Shown one piece after another: positions 1-10,992 of a DNA stretch of 64,000 bases (position 1 is its first letter; every line of letters begins with the position of its first letter). A program made the position numbers and the translations under genes. The stretch is from Mantamonas sphyraenae STR306. Taxonomy: Eukaryota; Protista; CRuMs. Where the stretch lies: assembly GCA_026936335.1 (NCBI GenBank), contig JAPMXV010000076.1:109531-173530 (forward strand). The letters are read 5' to 3'. The notes below the pieces were generated by a model that saw only the letters and a program-made list of their open reading frames with translations, did no database searches and was not told the DNA's origin.

Positions 1-166
1 GTCAACGTGATCACAAGCTGACCATGTGCGTCGCAAATCAACGTCACTTCGTCTCCCGGATTCAGCGGCTCCACGTCGCGCACCATCCTGCCACTCTGCC
101 AAAGTTCCCCCCGTGTGTTCACGCCTATGCCTGCCTTCCCCCCAGAGAATTCGTCTGTCGGATGTG

Positions 167-1999
167 TTAGTGCGTGCCAAACAAACCTCCACTGTCTCTT
201 CCGAACAACTCACACAAAGGGGTTCCTTGGGATGGAAAGCTGCCACGGACGACGCCGATCGTGTTTGCGATCTCAAAGTGTTCACACTTGAACTTGCACG
301 TCATCCCGACTCGCAGCGGTTGTTTTGCGACCCACAGCAAAGGTGTCTCTGACTGCGATGTAACTTTTGCGCCGTCATTGCGAAATTCCCCAAGGTGGTG
401 AGGGACTCGCAATAAATCAACTTGCATCCCTGCGCTCAAGGATGCACGCCACTGGTTGAATACAGGTTGCTGGCCGTCTTGGATCAGTGTGCGATCCTCC
501 AAGGCGTTCATGAGCGTCTCCATCCGCACGTATCTCGTGTCCCAGCGACCTTTCACCTTGAAGGATCGCAGCACATCCCCCGAAAGCAGCCCAAAGCGAA
601 CACATTCGAGCACTCGCCTTCTAACGTCATCACATTGACACGAGTTGTAGCCTTGGGCCATGGCCAACGCCTCATCCTCCGACTCAACATTCAGGATATC
701 CGAGCCGAGAATGACTTGAACGACGCTGCATGGCCAATCTGTGGGGATCTGATTGTCCAACAGGTATGCATGAGCAGCCACGTTCGTACACAGTGTCACG
801 AGCAGGTCGTCATCCAAGTGGTCATTCTGTTGCACCTCGAGGGCGAAACAAAGCATGTCCACATGGAAGGTGTGATCCAAACTGGACATGAGAGCTTCAA
901 TGAAACGAAAATGGAGCTCCGTGCATCGAGAGACCACACTTGGGTGAGAGACATACCCCATCAGAACATGAGCAAGGACGGACTTCGCTCTGTTAGTGTG
1001 TGGGCAGTTGATTCTCATCTTCCTGAACAAGTCGAATGTGTCCATCCACTTCGAGCCGGGGAAAAGCACTTCGACAACCAGCGCACAGAACACATCCGGG
1101 GTCATGAAGCTCAAATCGAACCATGCTTCGTGCACACTCTCGAACATGTTCTCCTTCTGCGCAAGTTGGCGTACGGCATAGTGGTAGATGTTCTCTCCAG
1201 CATCTTGACAATAGCTCGCCACGCGACACATCTCCATGAGATCCTCGACAGAGTGCTCTGCATCCAACCAAATCATCACGTGTTTGGTCAACGCCGGCAT
1301 CCGCCAGTACTGAGCGACAAAGAGGAGAGAAAAGCAAAGGCCCGGATTGTGCACGGGCAGAGGGTGTCCGTAGCACCAAGCCACTGCCTGTCTCATGGCA
1401 CGCATCACAGCCACACTGGTGCTTTCCGCCGACACCACAATCTTTGGCTCGCCTTCCACGTCCAAACAGTCCCTCCAGAACCCGCTGTGCAGACACAGGA
1501 ATAGAGAATGGGCGTCCACGTGTGTGTCCTCGTTTCCATGCGTCGAAGCGTCTGTGTGCGTGAGGGTGTCAGCGCCCGAGTTTTCGTTGTGTGTGGATTC
1601 CATTTCACGCACGCTTTTTTGGTACTCACCGGCGTTGCTGAGTCCCTCAAAGACGATGGTCAGGTCGGTGCGGAACCCCTGCAGAAACAGGTCGTTGTGT
1701 AAATGCGCCAGAGCAGGGCGGTGCGGCAACTGGCCCTGGCTGTTCGTGCTCTGCGGAGTTGCCGGCCCGTACGCCTTGTCGTCCCGATCTATGGACAGGT
1801 ACGCATCCGGTGTCTCGTCCAGCAACTGAGGAATGTCGTTGCGGTTGTCGGCCACGAAGCGCATGAATGTCATACTCCCCCCGGGTGCTTTTCGGTGTGT
1901 GTGGCCCAGGGCACCGTGTTGGCGCTGAGTGGTTTCTATCGCATACATTTTGTCTCTCACACATCCGAAGGAAATGGGCCAACCAAGACTGTGCTTCAC
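167..1999 (-). CDS. BTB/POZ-BACK domain protein (Cullin-3 adaptor-like); real start probably ATG at 1873 or 1948
   Basis: 610-aa ORF. BTB-like segment HVDAHSLFLCLHSGFWRDCL...AVAWCYG...LLFVAQYWRMPALTKHV. BACK-like segment VILGSDILNVESEDEALAMA...VLECVRFGLLS. Confidence 0.75.
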   Translation of the reverse strand: MKHSLGWPISFGCVRDKMYAIETTQRQHGALGHTHRKAPGGSMTFMRFVADNRNDIPQLLDETPDAYLSIDRDDKAYGPATPQSTNSQGQLPHRPALAHLHNDLFLQGFRTDLTIVFEGLSNAGEYQKSVREMESTHNENSGADTLTHTDASTHGNEDTHVDAHSLFLCLHSGFWRDCLDVEGEPKIVVSAESTSVAVMRAMRQAVAWCYGHPLPVHNPGLCFSLLFVAQYWRMPALTKHVMIWLDAEHSVEDLMEMCRVASYCQDAGENIYHYAVRQLAQKENMFESVHEAWFDLSFMTPDVFCALVVEVLFPGSKWMDTFDLFRKMRINCPHTNRAKSVLAHVLMGYVSHPSVVSRCTELHFRFIEALMSSLDHTFHVDMLCFALEVQQNDHLDDDLLVTLCTNVAAHAYLLDNQIPTDWPCSVVQVILGSDILNVESEDEALAMAQGYNSCQCDDVRRRVLECVRFGLLSGDVLRSFKVKGRWDTRYVRMETLMNALEDRTLIQDGQQPVFNQWRASLSAGMQVDLLRVPHHLGEFRNDGAKVTSQSETPLLWVAKQPLRVGMTCKFKCEHFEIANTIGVVRGSFPSQGTPLCELFGRDSGGLFGTH

Positions 2000-3008
2000 C
2001 GAAATCCAGGTGAAGTTCTAACCAGAAACACACTGGCGCAATTTCACTCGGTGGCGCCAGATCCCGTGGCCTGCGTTCTCTCCCCTGCCGAGGGTCACAC
2101 AGGCCTGTAGAAAGCACATGCGCCCCAATCATCCGTGTATACGACCTGTGGAATGTGCCACGTCACCCTCCACATGTCAACAGAGGCCCCACGCGTGAAC
2201 ACGGGCCGGGGAAACCCCCATGGGCCGTGACGTGTGTGGATTCTGACCACCCGTTCCCAGCCGCTGCACCGCGCCACAGACCTCACCACGCCGCCACACT
2301 CTGCATCCGGCCCCGTGTCACAGAGTGGCACCCGTTGCCTGCGTCTCAATTTTGGGTGAAATTTTGGCCAATCCTTTTTGCCATGGGCGATGTCGGCACT
2401 TTTTCCACTCCAAAATGCAACCCCACCTGAAACTTGGTCCATGCGTGGGTTGGCCTTGGAAACCTCGACTTGTTCCTCAGCAGGATCACATGCGCTGTGT
2501 ATGCCGAAAACGGGGAGGTTGTTTGCGTTGTGTTTTTTCCAAGTTGGCCAGCACGGCGCATAGTGCCCAAACGAACAACGTGAATGCAGGAAGCAATGCA
2601 TCCCTTCCAATGGTGACAGAATCACCCACTGCCTGTCCTGCCCGAGTCTGGATTGCGTGTGTGTCCATCCGTTCGCGTTGCATCATCATTTCCAATCAAA
2701 ACCACGGAGCCGGTGGCCATGCGCAGCCCATGATGCGAGACACCCAATCTCGGGATGATCCACTCATCCTCTCCTCCCCTCTCCCTCTCCCCCTCCGCAA
2801 TCCTCTCCATGTCTTCAATCTCCTCCCCGTCGACTCTTGCTGACACCAGGGCCACCATCCCCTCCTTTACCAAGTGCACCGCCGGCGTGATGCACTCCAT
2901 GACCAATCTCCTCCTTGCAGCTTCCCAGGTGGCCATTGCGCTGCAGTTCATTATCCAAAGACATCACGCACTCGCTCTGGTTCAGCAACCACCAGGCATG
3001 CTCTGCTC

Positions 3009-4711
3009 TCATTCTGTGTGAATGATCCATGGTCCCTTGACACCAGCTTCTGGTGAGCATCCATCCTGGAAAGGGTCCCACATGTTCTCCAACCACGCCA
3101 AATGCTCCCCCCACGCGAGCCACGTCCACACCAAGGCAGGCGTCCACATCTCCAGCTGGGTTGGTAAACCTGACGACGACACAGGCGTTGTCAGCGTCTG
3201 CAACCATGCCTCTGTGGCGTCTCGCGTGGGGACACGACCATCGGGAAACATCTGCGTGGTGGCAAGATCGCCTCCACGATGATCATCTCTTCTGCAGACA
3301 CAACGCAGAAGCGAGGCCAACAGCACGCGTGGTTTGAGATACGACAGCACAAAGAACAGTGCAGCGTCTTTCTCCTTCATGGGATCCACCACCGTCGCGG
3401 CAGCAAACGGGTGCACCGCCTGCTGCTTGCGTTTGTTCGGTTGCTGTTGCTGCTGCTGCGTGCGTGTCCACCACGGTTGCGCGAGGCCCACCACCAGTCG
3501 ATCCAAGTTGGCAAAGGCTTGGATTCCTGCAGTGGCAGCAAAGTAGGATTCCAGTCGGTGTGTGAGCAGGACATCGCCACCGGTTGTGTCACACCACGCG
3601 GAGAACCCGATTCCCAGTGGCGTCGGGTGCAGCCATTGACACAAACCAGCCATGGATCCCCAGCGCAATGGTCGTGGGTGACTCCATGCAGCAACACCAA
3701 TGCTCAACCACGCACCAAAGTCATCCTTGTCCTCATCGTCCACGTTGTCACCGTCACCATCACCACCACCACCACCACCCTCAACTCCTTCTTCCTCCAT
3801 CTCATTGTCCATGACGGCTGCAACCAGCACGCCCAAACACAGAGCCTCCAAGTGGGCTTTGGTCTGCGGACGAGCACTTTCGTCTCGCGGCACAATCAAA
3901 CGAATCAGCTGCAGCGCAACCATCTCACGCACCGGCCGTTCCGATTCAATGCACACCAAGTCGTTGTCGTGCACATGAGGAAGCAGCCCGCGGAGCCGAG
4001 TGCATACACGGGGCATAGCGTTGTGATGCAGACGCAATCCTTGCTGGAGGAAAGAGTCCACCATCGCTGTGATGCCCTCTCCCGTCTGTTGCACAAACGA
4101 CTCGCACATGAGCACGTCCAATGGACACACACACAGGTTGCCGCGGGGCACATGTTCGCCCCTGATGTTGCGCATGGTCACACGGACGACAAACGGCTGA
4201 TTGTTCGCAATCACGCCGTTCAACGCCTGCAGCAAGCTGCTACGCCTCAGCAACTCCTCCTCCTCCTCATCTCCATCTTCAGTTGCATCGTCATCACCAT
4301 CACCATAACCACCACCGGCCGTGTTCCTGCCGCCGGGTTGGTTGCGCATTGTGATGATGCCCGTGCGTGCCTGCCGAATCCCACGCGTGAGCTCGTCACG
4401 CACTTGGGTCAAAGGCAGCCGGCCCAACGAGCGCAACGTCATCAGTTCCACGGCCAGGACGTACTGTTGCTCGTCCGTGATGATCTCCCGAATGGTGTTG
4501 CCCCCATCGCTGGGACGCAGGGGCCCATTGGTGCGTTTGTCCATGGCACCCAAGAACGGGTGCAGCTGCGGTTGCCCATGCGGTGGCAGCTGTGGCCACT
4601 CGTGTGCACACTCCGCGCTCAGCTGCTTCTCGACCACGAGTCGTACCACAGTCGCACCGTCGTAATCGTCACGCACGTAGTTGTCACGCTCTGTGTGCGG
4701 GAAGTTGCCAT

Positions 4712-4759
<48 letters not shown>

Positions 4760-5180
4760 AGAGGGAGAGCGGTGGTGGGTGGCGTGTGTGTTGTGTGTGT
4801 GGAGTGTGGGGTGTGCCACCCTTTTCCTCACCTTCCCGAACGACGACGACAGTGTCATTGGTGACGTGACTCTCCTCCTCTTCTGTGCCCTTTGCCATCG
4901 TCTGTTCCACACAGAGGCGCTTCGACGCCCTTCCATGCACCACTGCCACTCGGTGGTCCGCACGATCATTCCAATCCTCCTCCTCCTCCTCCTCCTCCAA
5001 TTCCACAAACACATCGAATTCACGTCTGCGACGTCGTTGACGTGGACGCTTGATCAGTCCCAGTTTCTTCATCATAGTTTCTCGGCGTGGGCTTGCATGA
5101 GACACACGCGAGTTGCCTCTGCTGCTGCGGCGCATCATCATTTCTTCTGTGCCCACCCCCACCCCCTGTTCCTGCTCCAT
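3009..5180 (-). CDS. Large orphan protein (Y[LV][KR]PR-motif family member A); in-frame 141-nt intron 4691-4831; C-terminus may continue to 2622
   Basis: Long ORF (3009..5327), likely start MEQEQG at 5180. On the minus strand, a donor GAAG|GTGAGG at 4831 and acceptor CACACAG| at 4691 remove the CA/CT microsatellite in frame. Acidic/basic low-complexity N-terminus and globular C-half. Confidence 0.6.
4712..4770. repeat. Compound (TG)n(AG)n microsatellite inside intron
   Basis: Directly visible tgtgtg...gagagaga run. Confidence 0.9.
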
Positions 5181-8111
5181 CGACTCTGTAGGGGTAATCA
5201 ACGACCACTGACGGGTGCCCAACACCATGGCAATGCATTGCATGTGGTTTGTGTGAGTGTGCATACCAGCGTAGAGCGCACACCCACAACGGCTCTTTTT
5301 GCAGCGCAGTGGCGTGTACACACGCAACCACAGATGGACTCACCTCTTGCACATCGTACGGTGGTGCTTCCGGCCCATACCCCTGTGTGTGTGTCCTGGT
5401 TGTCATGACAAGGTGAAAAACCAAGCGAGGAGTGGGGATGGTGTGGGACACTGTGCGCATCGTCGTCCACCCTCCCACCGTTGTTCCCTATTTGGTCGTT
5501 TGCCAAAACGGAATTCCCTCCTTGCCCTCCGTCTGGGGTTTGGTTGGGCACTGTATGGTGTGTCCGAACGACAACGACGCAGAACACCACTCACACACAC
5601 ACCACACACACACAAACGAATGTGGCACACATGCACCGGCGCCCATGCGCAAGCGGATGGGTGAAAGATGATGCCGCTGTGTGGAGGGTCCCTCAATGTG
5701 AGGGTGGGTGGTGCACAGGCACAGGCGCCCCAGGCGGAAAACGCCATCATCACACACACCCCCACACCACGCAACATACGCGTCTCCTACTCCTTCCCAA
5801 ACGAGCCTGGACATTGGATGCCATCATCGAAAGAGGAGGGGTTCCTACACGACGGCAGCGAGTGTCGTCCACGCCCCCTCCCGTGGTCCCAAAGGCCAGG
5901 CTGGGTGTGTTGGAGGAGGATGCCAAATCGCACGGCGGCAAAAGAGAGAGGAGTTTCTCCAACATGACGGCAGCAAGGCGTCGTCCACGCTAACCCAGTG
6001 GTGTCCTATGCGGCGTATGCGTTGAGTGGCACATGCGCAGAGAGGAAAGGCGACGGGAATGCAAAGCTTTTTGGTTGTTGTGGTTTGGCTGGTTTGACCA
6101 GCGTGTGGTGGGATGGACTCATCGCTCCCGTCCTCCCCAATCAACAAGAGTCTGTGTCGCAACAGAGCACACCCACAATGCACACGGGTTGTGTGTGTGT
6201 CCATAAACTACCCCCCATGAGCCGATGCAGCCTACGCAGGCTACCAAGTACTGACGTCGTCCTGCACCACCCTACACAATGTGGCACTAGAGGGGATCTG
6301 ATGCGGACTATGGTGAGGGAGGAGTGCATGCACACTCACTGCACACACCGACAAGCCAAGTGTCTGTCGCGGAAGCAATCCACACTCACAACCAGACCAA
6401 AGCGGGCCCACTAAAAGCGGCTGGACCCTTTCTGACACTGTCTTGGGACGGCATGGGCCGGTCTGAACACACGTCGCAAGACGGCGAAAAGGACCGCAAA
6501 ATTTAGTTCAAAAGTGAATTGTGAATTTTGATTGAGCGCAAAATTCCGTTCGGGTTTCGAAAATACACATTCATGTATGAATCAAAATTTCCACCAACGC
6601 TTCCATCATGATTTCGTGACTTTATTGCCCGTTCCCAATTCACCCGTCTCCGCCACATCCGTGTCAAAACAGACCGAGATGCGTCCAAGCGGCCTCTTGC
6701 ACCCATCCCCCGTGGCCTCGGCTTGGTGCTCCTGACGCCAACTCCTCAATGCTCTTTGCACCGCCGCCCCGCCAACACACCGCTTGCCCTACCAAAAGAC
6801 CACCACCACCAGGCGTATCACCAAGTGCTATACGCACCAACGGACGAGCACACGCATCCGCTGGTGATTGCTGATGGTTGTGCACTCTGTGGGCGGTCCC
6901 AGCGGGCATTGTGCAACATCCGCGTCGTGAAGCGCGAGAGGCGATACCCAACACAGGCACGAAACAGGTGTAGATGGGCGTCCAAGCGTGGTTTCAAGTG
7001 AAACACGTCGAAACCAGTCCGTACAGGGGAGTGATGGTCAGCCCGTGAGTGTGGTGGATAGATGATGTTGGATCCCCCCCGAAACTGCCCTCCATCAACC
7101 AGCTCCATCCGTTCCAAAAGCATGCCACCAAGGCTTTCAAGTGCCCTCCACCCCCCTGCGTCGCCCACATCGTCTGGCGATGTGTCTGCGTGAGTCGGCA
7201 AGGCCCCACCGAAATCTCGCGGACGACCAGTGTACACACGAAGGAGAAACGAGACGCCAACCCGCCAAAACCCGCCCACACCTTCCCACGATGTCCAGGG
7301 ACCCTTGTATGCACCACGGACGAGCCCTTGCGTGTTTGTACGGACGTTGGACAAGCAGCCGAGGCGATCCTCCCCAGCATCCCCCGAAACACATCCAATC
7401 GTCTCCAAACGCCCCCACAACGTTAATTCCAACGTCAATCAAATTTTGGCGGGAAATGTGACCGTTGCCAGCGACATGGCGCCACCATGGCGCGGTTTTT
7501 GGAGGTGGTGTCCCCAAAACCATGTCCTCCGCTCGATGTACACGGGCGCATATGCATCACACATACCATGGACATGCGTACATGGGTACAGGACCCCGTT
7601 TGGTACGCTTCACGTGGCCCCACAACGCATCTCTGCTCGTTTCGGGGGCGACGAGATTGGTGGTGATGATCTCCCGAGCAGTGCAGGGCCCTCTCGTCAC
7701 GGCGTTGCCTTTGCAAGCGGGCCCACGTGCGTGCATCGTGCCAATGCGACACTAACCACTCCGTAGAAACCCACCATGTGCAATGTGGCGTGCCCAGCAT
7801 GGGTGGCGGGCGAGCAGTGGAACCCCGAGTTGATTTGCAGATCCAGCTGCTGCTGGCACCGCACAAGGCACGGAGAGTCTACGTGCTCACCCTAACCATG
7901 CATAATGGCTGTGTGGCACCAACCTCGAGCAGGTGCACGTGACACCAGTGCTGAATGCGACTCATGCGTGGACGTTCAGGACAACCAAAAAGTTGACTGG
8001 GGGAGGGCATCTTTCCCACTCCCCAAATCACATGCCAAAATTGAAAATGACAAGCTTCCAACATAGCACACGTGTTCACAAGCCATGAACCCAGTGGGAG
8101 GTGGCAAATTT

Positions 8112-9092
8112 TGCTGGGTTGTGTCGTTTGCCTCGCCGTCTTCTTCGGACCCCTCCATCCCTGAGCTGGTCATCCACTCTGAGTTGCTGGAGATGGACCG
8201 TGGTTCACAGTGGCCAAAGTTCAGGAACATCAGGTCTTCCATGTCACCGGTGTCATGTGAGTGTGTGCTGGTCTGCGGCGTCGTCGTCGCTGTGTGAAAT
8301 CTGCCGTATGGCCTGGTGGGAGGAACACGACGATGTGGTGGTGGATGTGGTCCGTGTGATGCCGACAAATGCAGGGCTGATGCGTTTGGGGACGCCGTTG
8401 TGGTTTGTGGTGGGTTGTGCAGGCGGACGTTGCAACGGAGTTTGAGCAAAGTGCAGCTGGGCGGTTTGTCGCGGCTGAGGAGGCGGCGGAGGAGGGTAGA
8501 AGTAGTATGTATGACCCTGGTGAGCATATGGGTGGTGCTGCTGGGTGTGGGTGTTGACAGGGACTCAGATGATGGGTGGTTGTGGGTACTGGTACGGGTT
8601 TTGTACGACGGGGACGGGCCGCATGTTCGGAAACGGCTGGGCAGCCATGGGAGGGACCATGTACCCGTAGCTGTGTGGAGACGGGAGGGGGATGGACGGG
8701 GTGGGAACGGTGAGCGAAAGGCGGAATGGACGCCGTCAGGGCGGAAGCGGGGGTGAAGGGAGGCTGGAACGAGCAGGGAGGAAACTGAGCGAGGAGGTCT
8801 GGAAAAGGAAACTGGCAACGGGAAGGGCAGTGACAGGGGAGAGGGGATCGGAGAAGAGCGGAGGAGGCAGCAGAGATGGTGATGGGGAAGTGGCGATGCA
8901 GGGGAGGAGTGCAGAGAAGCGAGGGAGACATGGAGGAGGCATGGAAGCGGGAGAAGCGGGCAGTCAGAAAAACGGAGTGGAAGGCAGAACGCACGCTGGG
9001 TAGGTGTTGGGTGTGTGTTGTTGCTTCGGAATGCTTGAATAGTCGTTGTCCATGGTGGTGGTACCGGAGTGGATGTGGATTGTGTTGGACTG
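8112..9092 (-). pseudogene. Truncated, disrupted duplicate of the 5' part and upstream region of the telomere-adjacent gene (62661-63642)
   Basis: Same-orientation ~1 kb match. ATG at 8660 gives MVPPMAAQPFPNM...PPII*, a TGG>TGA change relative to the paralog. A frameshift near 8255 (DQHTLT* vs DQDTQTHDTGD) follows, and similarity ends near 8112. Confidence 0.85.
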
Positions 9093-9150
9093 GACTGGAG
9101 GGTGTTGGCAATCGAGTGGACAGAGCTGCGTCCCTGTGCCCACAGTGACC

Positions 9151-9810
9151 ATGTTTCTTTTTCTCCTTGACGCCGACCCCCACAAGATCGGAAGTCTGCT
9201 CGAACCCACGCACGTGACCAGTATGATCCTGGAGGCGACCCAAATGTTGGTGAACAGCCACCACGTGCTGTGTTCGAGGTGCAGTCTCCGCCACTCTGGA
9301 CAGGTTCTGCCAACAGTGAACCGCCTGCACCAGCCCTGGACGATCTGGGTCAGGAGCAGTGTCGAAAACTACGAATACACCGTCACTCTGGCACTTGCGC
9401 TGGTGGAACACCAGGGTGGACACGCGTATCAAGGCCTGCTGGAAACGCTGCGGCAAAACCGGCCCCCGTTTCAACGCAAACGCAGCGTCAGCAAGTTCAC
9501 GTTCTACACAAAGCATGACGAGGTTCGCTACGTCAATGGTCGTGCTATTGCAGTGCACCGCTCCCACCAGGTCTTGCGCAGACGCCTGAGTGGTGCCACG
9601 CCCCTGCCGCTGCTCCCTGTCCCGTTGCCACGTGAGTCGGATCCGTTGGCCAAGATGCACAGCGTGAAGCCAGCTGTTGACATCATGAATGAGTACTACG
9701 ATAAGCACAAGAGAGCACCAAGCGAAAACGAGGCGAACCCAAATCCTTTCAATCGCGCAAACGCCAGCGCGTTAGCTAACACGCTCCAGCATGATTCGCC
9801 TCAAGGTTGA
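9151..9810 (+). CDS. Pyrimidine-dimer DNA glycosylase / endonuclease V-like protein (phage/giant-virus/bacterial type)
   Basis: MFLFLLDADPHKIGSLLEPTHVTSMILEATQML...HQPWTIWVRSSVENYEYTVTLALAL follows the family pattern MNIFxLDxDP..HVVKMILESAQLL..HPCxIWVRxSxxNYxW. Intronless. Confidence 0.75.
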   Translation: MFLFLLDADPHKIGSLLEPTHVTSMILEATQMLVNSHHVLCSRCSLRHSGQVLPTVNRLHQPWTIWVRSSVENYEYTVTLALALVEHQGGHAYQGLLETLRQNRPPFQRKRSVSKFTFYTKHDEVRYVNGRAIAVHRSHQVLRRRLSGATPLPLLPVPLPRESDPLAKMHSVKPAVDIMNEYYDKHKRAPSENEANPNPFNRANASALANTLQHDSPQG

Positions 9811-10992
9811 GATTGAACTTGTGTACCAATCCCTCCACCTGGTAACGTCCCCACTCGTGTCCTGCGCCAGTTCTGCGACGCGCTCTATTTTGGAGCGGAT
9901 CTCCCGGTCCCAGCGGGCGCCGCTGCGGCTCAAATCCACCACTTTCTCCTTACCCCACCCCAAACCATTGAACAGAGCGTACAGATCTTCCTCGGAGCGG
10001 TGACTCTTCCTCCACGCAGCCACGGCCGACTGCTCCCCGTCCCCAACCGCCTGCTTCGTTCCCAGTCGCAGTGCAGCGAGCTCTCTGCGACCCAAATTGA
10101 ACCTCTTCCACCTCTCCTCCAAATCCTCTGGTGGTTTACCCAGGTGGGTGTCCACCACGGTGTCCACAAGCTCGGCAAAATGCTTGAACTCTGCCCGTTG
10201 CCTGTCTTCCTCGGTCACCCTTTGTCGTTTCAACGCCTGCACCGCTTTGCTATTCATGGCCTCCGGTTCTTGTTGTTCCACTCCGTGTGCACTGTTGATA
10301 TTGGACCCGTTGTCCGCCACGTCATCCCACACACGCTTCCGTGCGTGCCTGACTCGCTGTGCTTGCTTCACGTCGGGGGCAAAGGTCACCGATTCGCAGG
10401 CAAACAGTCGCTCCACCGCCGCAGCGATGCCCATGCCATCATCCCTGATGTACTCTTCGTAGGTTGCAATCACGTGATCCTTCATGACGAGCATGCTATC
10501 CCGGGCAGTGCGGGCCAGCGCTGGTACATCCCGTTTCTCCCCGAAGAACATGGAGTATGCAGTCCCTACGGAGTACTTGAACGACTGGACGAGCAGCCCC
10601 CACCAGGGAGGACTGCTATCGGCGTTCATCTTGTTGATGTGGTCGATTGCACTCTCTGCAAACGCCTCTGCTTTTTCTGAAGCACAGCCCAGCGAATCCT
10701 TGAACCCCTCGCAAAGATCTCTTTGCCCCAGCGCCCACGCTGTGGTGGTAACATTGTCTGGACGGTTGCCATATCCAGTGAGAAACACGCCACGGAGCCC
10801 AAGGTAGTACCGCTGAGCCTCAGAGTATCCACAGCGCTGGCGGTAGACGGCAGCAAAGGGGCACGCATCTGGGACGGTGGAGGAGGCCAACGGAGGGGGG
10901 TCCTGCGGCTCGACGTCCTCATCCAGACGCGGGTCGATGTCATTGGGGGAGGTGGTGGTTGTTGTGTTGGGTGTGGAGGGGTCTTCGTCCAT
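9772..10992 (-). CDS. Orphan helical protein (~406 aa) with KRQRV NLS-like motif
   Basis: ORF 9772..11169, likely start MDEDPST at 10992. Protein-like composition. 3' end overlaps the glycosylase gene by 39 bp. Confidence 0.65.
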   Translation of the reverse strand: MDEDPSTPNTTTTTSPNDIDPRLDEDVEPQDPPPLASSTVPDACPFAAVYRQRCGYSEAQRYYLGLRGVFLTGYGNRPDNVTTTAWALGQRDLCEGFKDSLGCASEKAEAFAESAIDHINKMNADSSPPWWGLLVQSFKYSVGTAYSMFFGEKRDVPALARTARDSMLVMKDHVIATYEEYIRDDGMGIAAAVERLFACESVTFAPDVKQAQRVRHARKRVWDDVADNGSNINSAHGVEQQEPEAMNSKAVQALKRQRVTEEDRQRAEFKHFAELVDTVVDTHLGKPPEDLEERWKRFNLGRRELAALRLGTKQAVGDGEQSAVAAWRKSHRSEEDLYALFNGLGWGKEKVVDLSRSGARWDREIRSKIERVAELAQDTSGDVTRWRDWYTSSISTLRRIMLERVS

